Below are positions 26,311 through 39,065 of a stretch of DNA of 64,000 nt, piece by piece. Under the pieces are notes generated by a model that saw nothing but the letters and a program-made list of their open reading frames with translations, was not told where the DNA came from and made no database searches. The translations under genes were made by a program, and so were the position numbers. This DNA comes from Chrysemys picta bellii (lineage: Eukaryota): contig NC_088791.1 of NCBI RefSeq assembly GCF_011386835.1, forward strand, positions 211,358,001 through 211,422,000. Reading direction: 5' to 3'. How positions within the stretch are numbered: the first letter of the stretch is position 1; every line of letters starts with the position of its first letter.

Positions 26311-27250
26311 ACAAACCGTTACTGTACATCAGTTTCAGCTGCAAATCTGTGCCTCAAAAATTAGGCCTCATCTGTAAAAGCAGGCCATAGAGTGAAATTT
26401 TCTTCACCTGCATGAGTCCAAGCAATAAGGACTGATGCAGGTGATTTTTTTTTCTTTTTGGCAAATTGGGGAGACACAATCCGCATGGGCACATACTCCC
26501 TGCAGCAGCGACCACAGCTGGAACAGTCTCCAATTGTTTCTCTATTGCACTTGCCTAGAGTTTTAAGTCTGCAGGATCCATGTAATCATAGGGCCCAGGA
26601 CCCACTCCAGCTCACCTTCCACATATTTATTTGTGTCAGTCTGTGTAGGACAGACTCAAAGGCATCACCTTGAGAAAATAGGTGAGGTAGTGCCTGTGCA
26701 CTTATGCCACAGAAAAGTCCCTCCTCCCCACATCGCAGCCTCACCAGAGAGCAAAAGAAGTACAGAGTCCATAGAAAGTCTTGACATTTTAAACATTCAA
26801 TCTTTCCTCACAGTATTATTCACAAATATATGCTACTAGCCTACAAAGGGAAAAGGAAAGTGAGAGCAATTGAAAATATCATTAAATATTCCCTACATAG
26901 AAAGTTCCTCAGCTATGGCCAAAGAGCACACAATGTAGGTTGGATGGGTGGGGGAGGAGGGATACAAAACATTGTCAGAAAGTTCTCATTTGTAATTTAT
27001 TGACCTCGAGCCAGATCTTTGTGGTTGTCTTATGAGCCTCTAGGGTATATTTGCTACTCAGAATTTCATGGAATAGGTAATAACTGTGATAAATATAGGA
27101 TTTTCCTGCAATATCTTTGAGAGATCTTACTGCATTAAGTTTGTGTATCATTGTGGGATGGGAATTGTATGTTCTTCCATGGGAAAGGTGGACCACACCC
27201 CTTCCAGGAACTAAGAACAGTGGGGGATGACTAGATAAATTCACTTAGGT

Positions 27251-28024
27251 TGCAACACCTCCAGAGAGGTACCGCTTCTTGGGTAGGCTGCCTTTACCAG
27301 TTCAGACTAGATTCTTCAGAGGCCATGACAAAGAAAGGACTTATGGTTAAACAGTCTGAGTTTAAATTGACTCAGGGCCTTCATTCTGATCTAGTAAATT
27401 GCCACGATCTTCTGAGCAAAGGGGGGGGCCTTAATTCTTAGAGAAGGGTTGGAAGGATTGACACTTGCCAGAGACCATTGTGGAGGCATCGGGGTGATCT
27501 CTAGTAAGCTTCTTAGCATGCACATAGTTTCTTTTATTATTTTAATATGTCTTCTCTACCATGCTTTTACCTTAAGAATAAATGTGCTTGCTTAAAAAGA
27601 ACTGATTTGTTCCTAGCCTTTCAAGAGAAAGCAGAGAATAGATCAGGGGTTCCCAAACTTGGTTCATGGCTTGTTCAGGGTAAGCCCCTGGCGGGCCATG
27701 AGACGCTTTGTTTACCTGAGCGTCCGCAGGTATGCCCATTCACAGCTCCGAGTGGCTGCGGTTCGCGTCCCGCCAGGGGCTTACCCTGAACAAGCCGTGA
27801 ACCAAGTTTGGGAACCCCTGGAATAGATGCTGGCCTGCTTAGGCAGTCTGGCTTGCTGGGAATATCACAGGGTAAGCAGGGAACTGTGCAGCCTGGAAAA
27901 ACCCTGATCACAAGAGAGAGTGATGACCAAGGAGAGGTGATGATTGTGGAGCCTGGAGACTAGAATAGATGTCCTTGAGGGACCCAGGAGTGAGTTACAG
28001 GTGCAGTTGCCCTACATTGTAACA
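27251..28024 (+). mobile_element. Solo LTR-like element carrying a nested MITE
   Basis: TG...tgtaaCA termini, AATAAA near 27577. TSD not clearly matched. Confidence 0.55.
27644..27820. mobile_element. hAT (Charlie-like) MITE, 177 bp
   Basis: 52-bp terminal inverted repeat with 1 mismatch (CAGGGGTTCCCAAACTTGGTTCA...), perfect 8-bp TSD GAATAGAT (27636-27643 / 27821-27828). Confidence 0.95.
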
Positions 28025-30049
28025 ATGGTTAGTCACCAGTTTAAATCAATTTACAAAATTAAGAATATTTTTACCCATAACTTTTTTTAATGACCTTCAA
28101 ACAAAATACATCCAGAGTCATTCACTTATTTAACCTTGAGAGTTAGGTAAGATTTTTGTTTTTAGGTAGGTAATTATTTTCATCCTTAAAGACACACGTT
28201 TTTGCTGAACTCGTAGAAAAGACAAAGAAGCCTGTTTTGTGGATTTCTAATTTTTTTTGCTGATTGGAATAAATTGTAACAATTCATTTTTTGAATAGCA
28301 ATTTATTTCTCTTCTTCGTTTTTTTTTCCCTCTGCAGAGGCATTTGTGCATTGTTTTTTGGATATTGCTAAGGCTTTATTTTAGATATCTGCTCCTAGTT
28401 ATAGTCTCCAAACAGATACTGATATGAAACTTCTTACATTTGATTGTGTTTCAATACGGCATTTACTAAACAAGTTGTACCCTTTGCAGCAAATACTTAG
28501 CATTCTTTACAATTATGGATTGCATGTTCCCTAATTTCAAGAAGTTTTACTTGGGTTATCACACCATAAGATTTTTTCCCTCTAATTTGTGCTGGCAGAA
28601 AATTATTCTTTAATGATTCAAATATTAACTTTTTTTTAAACAAGTGTCAGCAACAAATCTGTTTTTCCCACACTCAGGTTCTGCATATACAGCACACCAC
28701 GCTATTTATATTTGAGTAGTTTTCAATAGTGAAATTGCATCTCCTTTTTATGAATGTTCAATCAGCTTTTGTTAACAGAGGTATTTGGTATTATGATTAC
28801 CATCCAATTTTACACAGATAGCATGATTTGAGAGATTACAGATATGAATAGGTAGATCCAGAAAAGATAATCTACCTGAGCCTCCATTCCCAGTTGGGGT
28901 CCAAACATTTTTAAGGTTCAGGTAAGTCCAGTTTTGTTTTGTTCTTCTTTTTACCACCTGTTAACTTTTTTCAGCACCGGAAACAAAAATACCAGGAGTG
29001 TATTTTACCTTGCCCAAATCAGGAATTGTTGGAAACTTTACAAGAAAACCTATTTCCACAAGATTTCCAGTCCTATTTTGTACCAAAAAGGTTTTAAATC
29101 AGTTCAGATTAGTACAGCTTGTGCAGAGTTTATCCATATTGAAGTCCTCTCTAGAGATTTGCTCATTGCGAAGTAATAAGATGGGTTACTTGCCATCTTC
29201 ACAAGATAAACTGTCTTTCCTGAACAGAAATTGTTTCAAATGGTGCCAAATACAAACTCTGTGATATGCAGAGATGTTCAGCAGGCTCCAGAGGTGGTCG
29301 AATTATTTATTAATAATGTATCCAGAAGATTTAACCCTATCTCCATTTGTAAATGATCTATAAGCAGGTTGTGACGTCTATCAATTTGCTTGCAGATTTC
29401 AGTTGTTTGTGCAATAGTATAGACAAATAAATGAAGACTATTGATTTTTTCATGAAATGGTTCTGTCTGTGATTCACAATTCATGTCAGGTGATTGGTAA
29501 CCTGAGTCATATGATATTGTCTTTCTTCCTTAACTGTATCTCTAGGAGGCACTAGAAAGAGACTCATTAATGCCTTTTGCTCCCAAAATGAAAAACAGAC
29601 TTTGAATTCTTACAAAGGCACATTGTACATTGTACAAATTTTTGCCCATGTTTGGCCTCTGGGCTTGATCAGAACATGCAGGCGAATAGAAGACAGACAC
29701 AGGAATGGATTTAAGCAGCAGACTGAGATGTTATTAACTTAACTAGGGGGATGCACTGCATTTACACATACATAGTCAGGTAGTGTTTCTGAACATTTAA
29801 TTTGGTGTAGTGTAGGGTGGGATATCCACAAGGGGGATAGAAGAAACACCCATGGAACCTCAATCTGCAGAGACTTCAGGTATGCCCTTCTCCTTATAGC
29901 AGTTCCCCAGCCATGTTCCAGGCTCATTTATCTCTGGGAGCTTGCCCTTTTAGCTTACATCCACACTGGCCGCAATATGCAACAGATTAGTCATTTGACA
30001 TTCCTCCTGACATTAAAATTCTGTTCTTACTCCCTTTAAACTGAACTGT

Positions 30050-30210
30050 GCCTCCACAATCCTGCGAGGGAGACAAAAAACCTTCCAGACCATCACTAAT
30101 TTTGCCCAACAGGGAAAAACTGCTTCCTGATCTCAAATCAGGTAATCTGTCATACCCACAGCAGCCTGGAAAATTACATGGGGTAATAATATGGGCCCAA
30201 GACATGTAGG
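30050..30210 (-). mobile_element. Probable CR1-subfamily 3' UTR remnant
   Basis: aattttgcccaacagggaaaaactgcttcctgatctcaaatcagg...gggcccaagac resembles antisense CR1 3' UTR variants; strongly diverged. Confidence 0.35.
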
Positions 30211-31854
30211 ACAGCTGTAAATTGAGAAGGGGACTGTGAGAGGTAATCTGTTCCCTTAATCCTACTCCCTCATCAGCTGGCCAATGGGAGACAACAAAGC
30301 CTCTCCCCTTCCTGAAGCACATGTGTATTGGCATTTGGAGGGAAAAGAAAGGGCTTGGTTTATCTGGGCATGAGGCTTCCCTTTCCACTCTCAAGAGTTG
30401 GCCATCCACTTCCTAGTCTGGCCAAATTTATCCCCCACTGAGAAGGGGGTGGGAATTCATTGAACGAAGGCTATTGTAAGGTAGCAACTGAATGTACAAC
30501 AGGTACAAGATTTAATTTGCCTTTGTTATTGTCATAAGTTTAAAGGGACCAAGAACACACTTGGCATCATGAGCCATACCACAGCCAGCTAAATCAGCAT
30601 AGCTACAGTGGCTTTGTTGAACCTACACCAACTTATATCAATGAGTAACCGGCCTCAAATGATGAGATTCTTAACCATTGTATTCCTCTTTCTTTCCATT
30701 TCCCTTTTTCAATAGTGCATTTTCAGTGAAGCAATCTAAAGAGAGCAAAAGATATTTAGATATATGGATATAGATTTAATCAGCAAGGGGAAAGAATGGT
30801 TTGTGAGGCAATTGACAAAGAGATTTTGGCCACTTTTAACTTAAGAGTTAAAATAAGGACATTATGAGGCACTTAAAACAGTCTTTAAAATGGTTTAATA
30901 GGAACTTTTGCATTTTACACTTACTTTTTTCCCTTGCCTACCAGTCATAAGAAAAAATGGCAGTAGCTTTGCAAATTAAGGTAAATAAGATGGATGATAT
31001 ATTTCTTGCACTATGATATTTCTTATAGCTAAGGATAATAGTTGCCTCCAGCACCTAGATATACTCACTCAGGGCCATATTTTCTTGTTGATGGCATATC
31101 CTTCAAGGTATCAAAATATGACTTGAGACTACATCCCTGTGTTTATAAATCATCCTGTAATAGTTCTGAAAAAAAGCTTCTTTCATTAGGGATGTGAATA
31201 GTTGTTTAAATCAACTACCCTCATTAAATTCCAGGAAATTAAACATTGAAGTTGTTTGCACTCAGGCCTATTCTAGCAATGTTCTCTCACCAACATTTTG
31301 CTGGAAATCAAATCTTAATGGTCATGCCATTTTTCAGAATTATCCTAAAGATATGCCTCCCTGCAGAAAGATAAATGTTATTATAAGTGGCAAGAAAAGA
31401 TCCATCCTGGTATAAAGTAGAAATTGCCTAAGGTAACTGTGACTGAGCTGTTCTTAATGGAAAAATGAAAATGGAGAACTTGATATCCTTCTGCAATTGC
31501 TATTGGATTTTTTTTATTGAAGCTGTGAATCTGAAGATAAAGCTTACTATACATTTGTCCCCTGGGACACTTAAAAAAAATTCTACAGCTATGAAACAAT
31601 ACAGCTTTAAATTCATCAGTTACATCTACTCATTTGGTAAAAAAGAATAACACATATAAATTTGATATTACACTTAGTAGAATGTAAATGAGCCACGCAG
31701 GTATTTACGGAAATGTGGGGAAAACATTCTCTATGACATTTCAAATATGCAAAAGCAAAAAATATTGATTTTGAGAAGGTATCAGAATTACATATGATAA
31801 TGTATATGATATGGTAAATGACTTCTTGTTTTAATGGCACCAGCATAGAACTTA

Positions 31855-32149
31855 GGGCTGGTCCACACTAAGCCCCCAGTTCGAACTAAGATACGCAACT
31901 TTAGCTACGTGAATAACGTAGCTGAAGTCCAAGTATCTTAGTTCTAACTTAAAGGTACTTACTGCGGGTCCACATGCGGCAGGCAGGTTCCCCCGTCGAC
32001 TCCGCCTACTCCTCTTGTAGAGCAGGATTACCGGCGTCGACGGCAAGCACTTCTGGGATCGATTTATCGCGTCTAGACAAGATGCAATAAATTGATCCCA
32101 GAAGATCGATTGCTTGCCGCCGAACCAGCGGGTAAGTATAGACATACCC
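31855..32149. mobile_element. PIF/Harbinger-type MITE, 295 bp
   Basis: Imperfect TIRs GGGCTGGTCCACACT / AGTATAGACATACCC, 3-bp flanks TTA / TGA (TWA-type TSD), internal palindromes, CpG-rich. Confidence 0.8.
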
Positions 32150-32202
32150 TGAGTAGCACTGAAATGCTTGCTTCTGTTACTTAGAGTGCTTACAGTGATT
32201 TA

Positions 32203-32263
32203 GTTGGGAATTGGCCCTGCTCCTGAGGTCCCTTCCAACCCTGATATTCTATGATTCTATGAT
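32203..32263 (+). mobile_element. CR1-type 3' terminus
   Basis: ctcctgaggtcccttccaaccctgat followed by the (ATTCTATG)n octamer tail. Confidence 0.85.
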
Positions 32264-34589
32264 TTCTTTTGTTATGTTTTCTTTACATTTGTAATGCTGT
32301 TTGGACCCAGTCTACTATCCACTGATGTTAATGGCCAAGTTCTCTTTGACTTCAATGGGTGCAAGATCAGACTTTTTAAGCATATAAGAATCAAATGTTC
32401 ACATTGCTGCATGCATCTAAGAAATATGTTTCCATATATTTGTAAGTATAGTAAGAGTTGCTAACTTAAAATACTCACAATCTACTCTTTATGGTTGCCT
32501 ATGTATGGAAAACAATCAGCTGTTTAATGTTTATGCCTCTATAACATTGTGTAGGAGTTTGATCTAGGAAGCTAACTGTTCTGTGAGCTAAGATCACAAG
32601 GGCATTGTTTTATAGTTTCAAGGCATGAGTAAAGCTTGAACTATTCATTATGAACAATTCATCATGTTTGACTCTTCTATTTGGAATTGTTGGAAAAACT
32701 AATAATACTTTCTTACAAAGCTTTATTCATAAAGCTTTAGTTAATAGTATCTGCAAATATATGTGACTCTTTGGGATGTTCATAAACTCACTGAAAGGAG
32801 TGTTTGCTCTAGAATTCAATACTTGGAATTTGCTAATGGAATCTGATTGGTGGCTTGATGCACGCATGGTTTCAGTCCCCTGGCTGGATGACATAACATT
32901 GATAGTAGAAGCTGTGCCTGAAGAAACTGATGATTCTGGATCGCAGTCTCATATGGAGAGACTGCTATAAATAAAGAGTGCTATGGCAGGAGATAAGCCG
33001 GCCTTGGAAACTACAGGATATCTTGTGATTTTTTTATCCTCTTTTGCACAAGTGAGAGCATTATGTCTAGTTACATATGTGGACGTCTGTGATGTGGCAT
33101 ATAAACCACATACACCTAGCATGCAGGGATTAGGAAGAGGCAATGGATAAACTGGCATCAATTACACCTTTATTATAAAGTGGTTTGGCTTTTGAGCCAC
33201 AGAAGTCTTGTGAGTAGACAGATGGAAGTCTTTCCTAAAAGCCCGTAGTACAGGCCCTTAAACTAAAAAAGCTGTTTGGCCAGGAGCACCAAATGCTCAA
33301 TGTGAGTAGATTGATTTACTGACTCTTCCCCCCCTCCCCCCTTCCCTAGAACAAACTAGGTGGAACAAGCCACCCCCTTAATTCCTTTTGCTTTCTTTGG
33401 AATGAGCTATAGAAAACCCTGAGGGACTTCTGCTGAACTAAAGGGGGATAGTGCACTATTTGCAAATAGCTAGGGGGGAGAATAAAGATTTCCCCTCTGA
33501 ACTTAAAAGTGTGATGTCATTCTTGAAGGAACAGAATTTGTTGAGGGAAACAGTCCATAATTCCTTCCCTGTGGTTGGAGCCCTTCACAATCCCAGATGT
33601 AAAAATAGCTGGCTTCCTGATTGAGAGAAAGCATAAACTAACTTAACTAGCTGTCTAGCAAATGTTATATTCACCATACACTGGAGCACATATAAACTGA
33701 CTGAGCTGGCTCCTATTCTTGGCACTCCAAGCCAGGAGTAGGAGATAATGTGCTTGGAGTTACACTGTGCTCTAACTATTCTCAGCTGCTACACAGCCCC
33801 AAGGCTGTTCCAGGGCCAGCCCAGAGCTACTGGGAAAAGGTGGCCGCAACTGGCTACATTGTGGTGCACGCTTCATCTGCTGAGTATAGTAGCAGAGAAT
33901 CTGGTTTTCAAACATTTGTGCACAATTCCCAGGGGCATCGACTGCAGACCTGCTGTGAATCTGGAATGATACGTGCCCCAACCTTGTACAGTTTCCCTCT
34001 GACCTTAATTAACAAGTTTTATAAGATGTGTTATAAAAGAATGAATCTGTTAATAAATAAAATTTAAAAAATGCTGCCCTCACCAAGGAAAGAATTCATT
34101 ACCTTTTGCTTTATGGAAAGCTACATGGGCCAGGGGAGGAGAATTAAACTCAGGTTTGTTTGTAAAAGACATTTCATATACCAACCGTTCAACATGCAGG
34201 AACTTTCATTGTAGAAAAATCCTCCTAAGAGCAGCATTAGCTATTAAGATAATTATTCTTCAGAAATGGAAATCAACTGCACAGTTAAAAAATATTGATC
34301 TCCTATAGTAGTCTAAATTGAGTTGGCCAGTTTAGAAAGTGTCTTTTTATGCAAATGGAAGACTTCCAGTATCAGAGGGCATTTCATCAGCATTTCTTGA
34401 AATTTATTAATATACTACTTTGGGCTATTCATTCCATGAGAAAACATACGTTTCTTCAAATAGGTTGATCAGTCTTGTATAAACCCTGTCCTTTCTCATT
34501 TTATTTATGTTGTTCCTGTCCCCTTTCTTTTTTGCATGTTGTTTATATATGTTTTTCTTATTGCTTATTTCAGTTTCAACTAAACTTAA

Positions 34590-34793
34590 CTGATCTAAGG
34601 CTAGAGCACTGGGCTGGGACTCTGGGGACCAGAGCTTTATCCTGGCTCTTCCAATGGCTTGCTGGGTAACCATGGGCAAGTCACTTCATTGCTCTGTGCC
34701 TCAGTTTCCCAATCCATAAAATGAGGAGAATGATACCGACCTCTTTTGTAAAATATTTTGAGATTTACTGCATAAGAACAAGGGATTATTATT
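34590..34793 (+). mobile_element. MIR/CORE SINE
   Basis: ctagagcactgggctgggactc... gggcaagtcacttcattgctctgtgcctcagtttcccaatccataaaatgaggagaatgata is the CORE consensus. Confidence 0.9.
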
Positions 34794-35668
34794 CAGAATA
34801 AATTGAAATACACCAGTATTTGCATGAATTTGAATAAATTGGGTGAAAATAACACCTATGTTCAAACAATGAAACTTTCATATGGACAAGCTGGTAGAGT
34901 TACTTTAAAGCAATGGCTACCAAACTGTAGTCTATGGTTCTCCTTCTGGCACTTTGCACAAAGAAACATTTTCAGGCCCAGGCGTTGGGGAAATATAGGG
35001 TAGAAAGGGGAGGTAGTTTATAAATTAAATTAAATAAAAATATTTTAATTAAAAGTTTTGAGAACTTTATTCAGATTAGATAAATTTTTTAAATTCCATT
35101 TATAATTACCATAATAATATAATTACCAGTCATTCCTGTCAATATGCTTTGTGCAGGGCCAGAGTTTTCTATTAGGACAGGCTGTGAAGCCAGCCACTAG
35201 GGGATATTGTAATTGTCCTATTTCCTTTGAAGCCCCTGGCATAGAAGGTATTAAGGGTGTTGATGGGGAATGATTATACTGAAGTACCCTACACAAATTG
35301 GAAGAATGTCAGCAGGAGAGATTGAGAAAGCCCCATGCCGGAATGCTCTGTAGTGCAGTAGCTAGGTCACTCTCCTACAGTATAGAAGATCAAAGTTCCA
35401 ATCCCTTGTCCACATCACACAGAGCTTTCTTTGGCTGCCAGAAGGGGCTGTTGGTAGCAACATGAAAGTTAAAGCAGCCCTGATGCTATTCTACCTAATG
35501 CAGGGGGCTGGGCAGATCCCCACCCAACCCCGGAATGTTTCTCACTAGGATCTTATGCAAAACAGCCTCTGCTGGGCATGAGAATTGGGCCCATTCTCTA
35601 TTAAGCCTGTGATTTGATAATGGTCTATTTATAATCTAATCTTTCAGTGAAGTCAGTCAGACTAACTA

Positions 35669-36408
35669 GTTTCAGAGGGATAGCTGTGTTTGTCTGTATC
35701 AGCAAAAACAACAAGGAGTCCTTGTGGCACCTTAGAGACTAACAAATTTATTTGGGCATAAGCTTTCGTGGGCTATAACTCACTTCATCAGACTCATGGA
35801 GTGAAAAATACAGTAAGCAGGTATAAATATATAGCACATGAAAAGATGGGAGTTGCCTTACCAAGTGGGGAGTCAGTGCTAATGAGGCCAATTCAATTAG
35901 GGTGGATGTGGCCCATTCCCAACAGTTGACAAGAAGGGGTGAGTATCAACAAAGAGGAAATTATTTTTTGTAGTGACCCCGCCACTTCCATGCTTTATTC
36001 AGGCCTATTTTGATGGTGTCAAGTTTGCAAATTAATTCCAGTTCTGCAGTTTCTCATTGAAGTCTGTTTTTGAAGTTTTTTTGTTGAAGACTGGAAATGG
36101 CTAGGTCACTACAAAAAATAATTTTCCCTCTGTTGATACTCACATCTTCTTCTCAACTGTTGGGAATGGGCCACATCCACAATGATTGAACTGGCCTTGT
36201 TAGCACTACAAAAAGTAATTTTCCCTCTGTTGATATTCACCCCTTCTTGTCAACTGTTGGGAATGGGCCGCATCCATCCTAATTGAATTGGCCTTGTTAG
36301 CACTGACCCCCCACTTGGTAAGGCAACTCTCATCTTTTCATGTGCTATATATTTATACCTGCTTACTGTATTTTTCACTCCACGAAAGCTTATGCCCAAA
36401 TAAATTTG
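35669..36408. mobile_element. Penelope-like element with inverted 3' ends
   Basis: 35669-36088 is minus-strand pLTR plus endonuclease C-terminus (QQKNFKNRLQ*ETAELELICKLDT). 36089-36408 is the plus-strand 3' end with a 97-bp tandem duplication (36107-36203 / 36204-36300). Confidence 0.85.
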
Positions 36409-38564
36409 CCAGATTGATTAGTGTAACCCAAAAGAGTGTTTGGCCCAGGGGAGCATGAGGTACACATTACCAGTCCTTGAGTCTATATATTTGCCCAGCA
36501 GTAGTATGCCAGCTATGCTCCCTACACCAAGGGCTGCAAAAGGAGTAGCATAGAGCCTTTAAGACAAATCTATTCTATGAGCGGGGTGAGTTACTAGCCA
36601 GTTTCATCAGTTTTACATGTCCTTTTTGGCACTGCATAGTGAAACCTACATTGATCAGGAAGAATGTATTGAGATCTAAGAGTTGTGAGCTGAGCATGCA
36701 GACTGCCAACTTGATGCAGAAAGTAGATCTTGGAAAAGGCTAGGTAATGGTTTATTAGTATTACATTGCCGTATTTATTTTTTTTTTTCTTTCGTTCCTC
36801 TCCCTCCCCGTCCCTAGGCTTTTGTCGTTAGCTGACCAGGTAGGTCACATAAAGACAGCTGCTTAAAATGCTTACAGCTATTTGAGAACATCTGCATAAT
36901 CAGTGGAGTATATCATTTAAATATTGTTGGAAGCGGAACAGTATTTTGTGATCAACTTCTTTTATGGGATTTCTAAGACATTTTGTAAAAAGAGGCTCTC
37001 AACCAATGTTTTATCAGGGCAGTAACAGACAATATACATTTCTTAGACTGCATCGTAGAGCACCTAAAAGTGAAATTTATTACAGTGCCAGGAAAGTTCT
37101 GCCCAAATGCTTTTAAAATTATTTGCCACCAGTGGCTAATCACTCTTATTTTTTCCCCACAAAAAAGATGATAAATCTAACGTATTGTAGCAGGTCACTG
37201 ACTTTAGTTGCATATAATCACATGGAAGTATAACCCAAATCTAGGTATCCCATCAGGGAGTAGTCATCTAAATGCACAAAGCAGCCATACTTGAAAACCA
37301 AGAACCATTTGCGCTTCCTTGACAAACACCAGGCTACCCGTTTGAGATAAAACACTGTCTGAACCTGGAAATCCCAAATGGCAGGAAAGGACAATAGATC
37401 AGATGGCATTTCCCTTATTCTGATTAGACTATAAAGACCCTAACACTTAAGCAGACTGTGACCCTTTTGGGTTGTTCTTTGCTAGGTATTGCTGAGCAAG
37501 GAATTGTAGCATAAGACTCACACACTTTGCCTTAATCTCTGCTGAAGCTCATGCTCTGTGAAGACTTTGATACTAAAACAAGCTTCCCAGTCACAAAGCC
37601 CTGACAATACTGGCTGTGATTTATATCTATGATACATATATATATTATGAGGCCACTTTTATACCTCCCCCACCCCCAACACCGAGTGCTCCTTTCACAG
37701 AGAACTTCACTTAGCATGGTAAGTTATCGACATTCTGGAAGTGAAATTTCTAATCCAGCTTGCTTGAAGGCTGCATAATAGCCTCTTTTAGCATAAGAGC
37801 TTTTATGACAATTAGATGGTGACATAGCCAATTTCAGGATTTTGTTAATTTTATACAGTAGTGTTTGCTAATTGATACTCTCATACATCTGCTAAAATTT
37901 CAGCATTTTAAGGCAGACCTGCCCCCATTGTGACTTTATAACATATTCATCTTGTCAAGCCTGACAGGCAGGAGAACTGCTGCTGGGAAATTTTCCATGA
38001 GGGAGATTGTGGCTGTCTTATTAAAATATGCACAAAAGCACCTGAAGTACTGAGTAACAAAACAAACAGCCCCCATGGTCTTAAAATCAGGAAAGAAGAG
38101 AAGGTTCAGGCATGGGAAAAAAAGATCATAGTATGAGCAATTATAGTATCTGTTTTTTTCTGCATTTTGAAATATTCTATTTCTAAATGCTATGCATTAA
38201 TTAAATAAAATTATATTCAGGGCTTAACCTTGGCCTTTAAACGAAGGTGCAAAGTAGGATCGGTGTGGAATACCAGGAGTTCCCATAAACTTGGCCTGTA
38301 GCCTTTGAAAGTGCGAAGCACATGATAATTCATCATGGGCCCAGCTCTGGACGGAGACAGAAGAGATAAAAATATTAGAATTAAAGAAGAAATCATTAGT
38401 GTATCAGTTTAATCATCCATATTCTGAAACATAAAAATGAAACTGTACTGGATTAGAGAAAAGTTTACACTTAAGACATTGAGTGAAATCCTTGCCCTAT
38501 TATTTTTTATCTCAAGTATGGGAAACTTCCATTTGTTTGTGGGCTAATCAAACATGAGCTAGTA

Positions 38565-38892
38565 CAGCAGAACCTCAGAGACAGATAAGAGTTATGAACT
38601 GAACCATCAACCATACACCTCATTTGGAACTGGAAGTACACAATTAGGCAGCAGCAGATACAAAAAAAACAAAAACAAATACAGTATAGTACTGTGTTAA
38701 ATGTAAACTACTGAAAAAATAAAGGGAAAACAGCATTTTTCTTCTGCATAGTAAAGCTACAAAGCTGTATTAAGTCAATGTTCAGTTGTAAACTTTTGAA
38801 AGAACAACCATACTGTTTTGTTCAGTTACGAATATTTCAGAGTTACAAACAACCTCCATTCCCGAGGTATTTGTAACTCTGAGGTTCTACTG
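38565..38892. mobile_element. Tc1/mariner (Tigger/pogo-like) MITE, 328 bp
   Basis: TIR CAGCAGAACCTCAGAG / CTCTGAGGTTCTACTG with TA duplications at 38563-38564 and 38893-38894. Confidence 0.9.
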
Positions 38893-39065
38893 TAGTTATA
38901 TTTAACTGACCATTATACTAATGCATATCACAAATATTGTGTTGGTTCCCTGTCTGAATAATTTTTATATAATTCTCATCACTAGAATATCTGTGTATCA
39001 CTCTCTAAAATAGAACTGTACTTTGCAGTTAAGCAAATCTGCTATTGCTGTTAATAAGTATTTAA

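Noticed and set aside
28338-28475. RT-like peptide bits (FLDIAKA; TFDCVS..HLLNKL)
   Set aside because: Too short, separated by a stop and unrelated sequence, with no other RT motifs nearby. Could be chance.
33200-33640. Possible additional old LTR
   Set aside because: No defined termini, TSD or similarity to the other LTRs that I could verify by eye.
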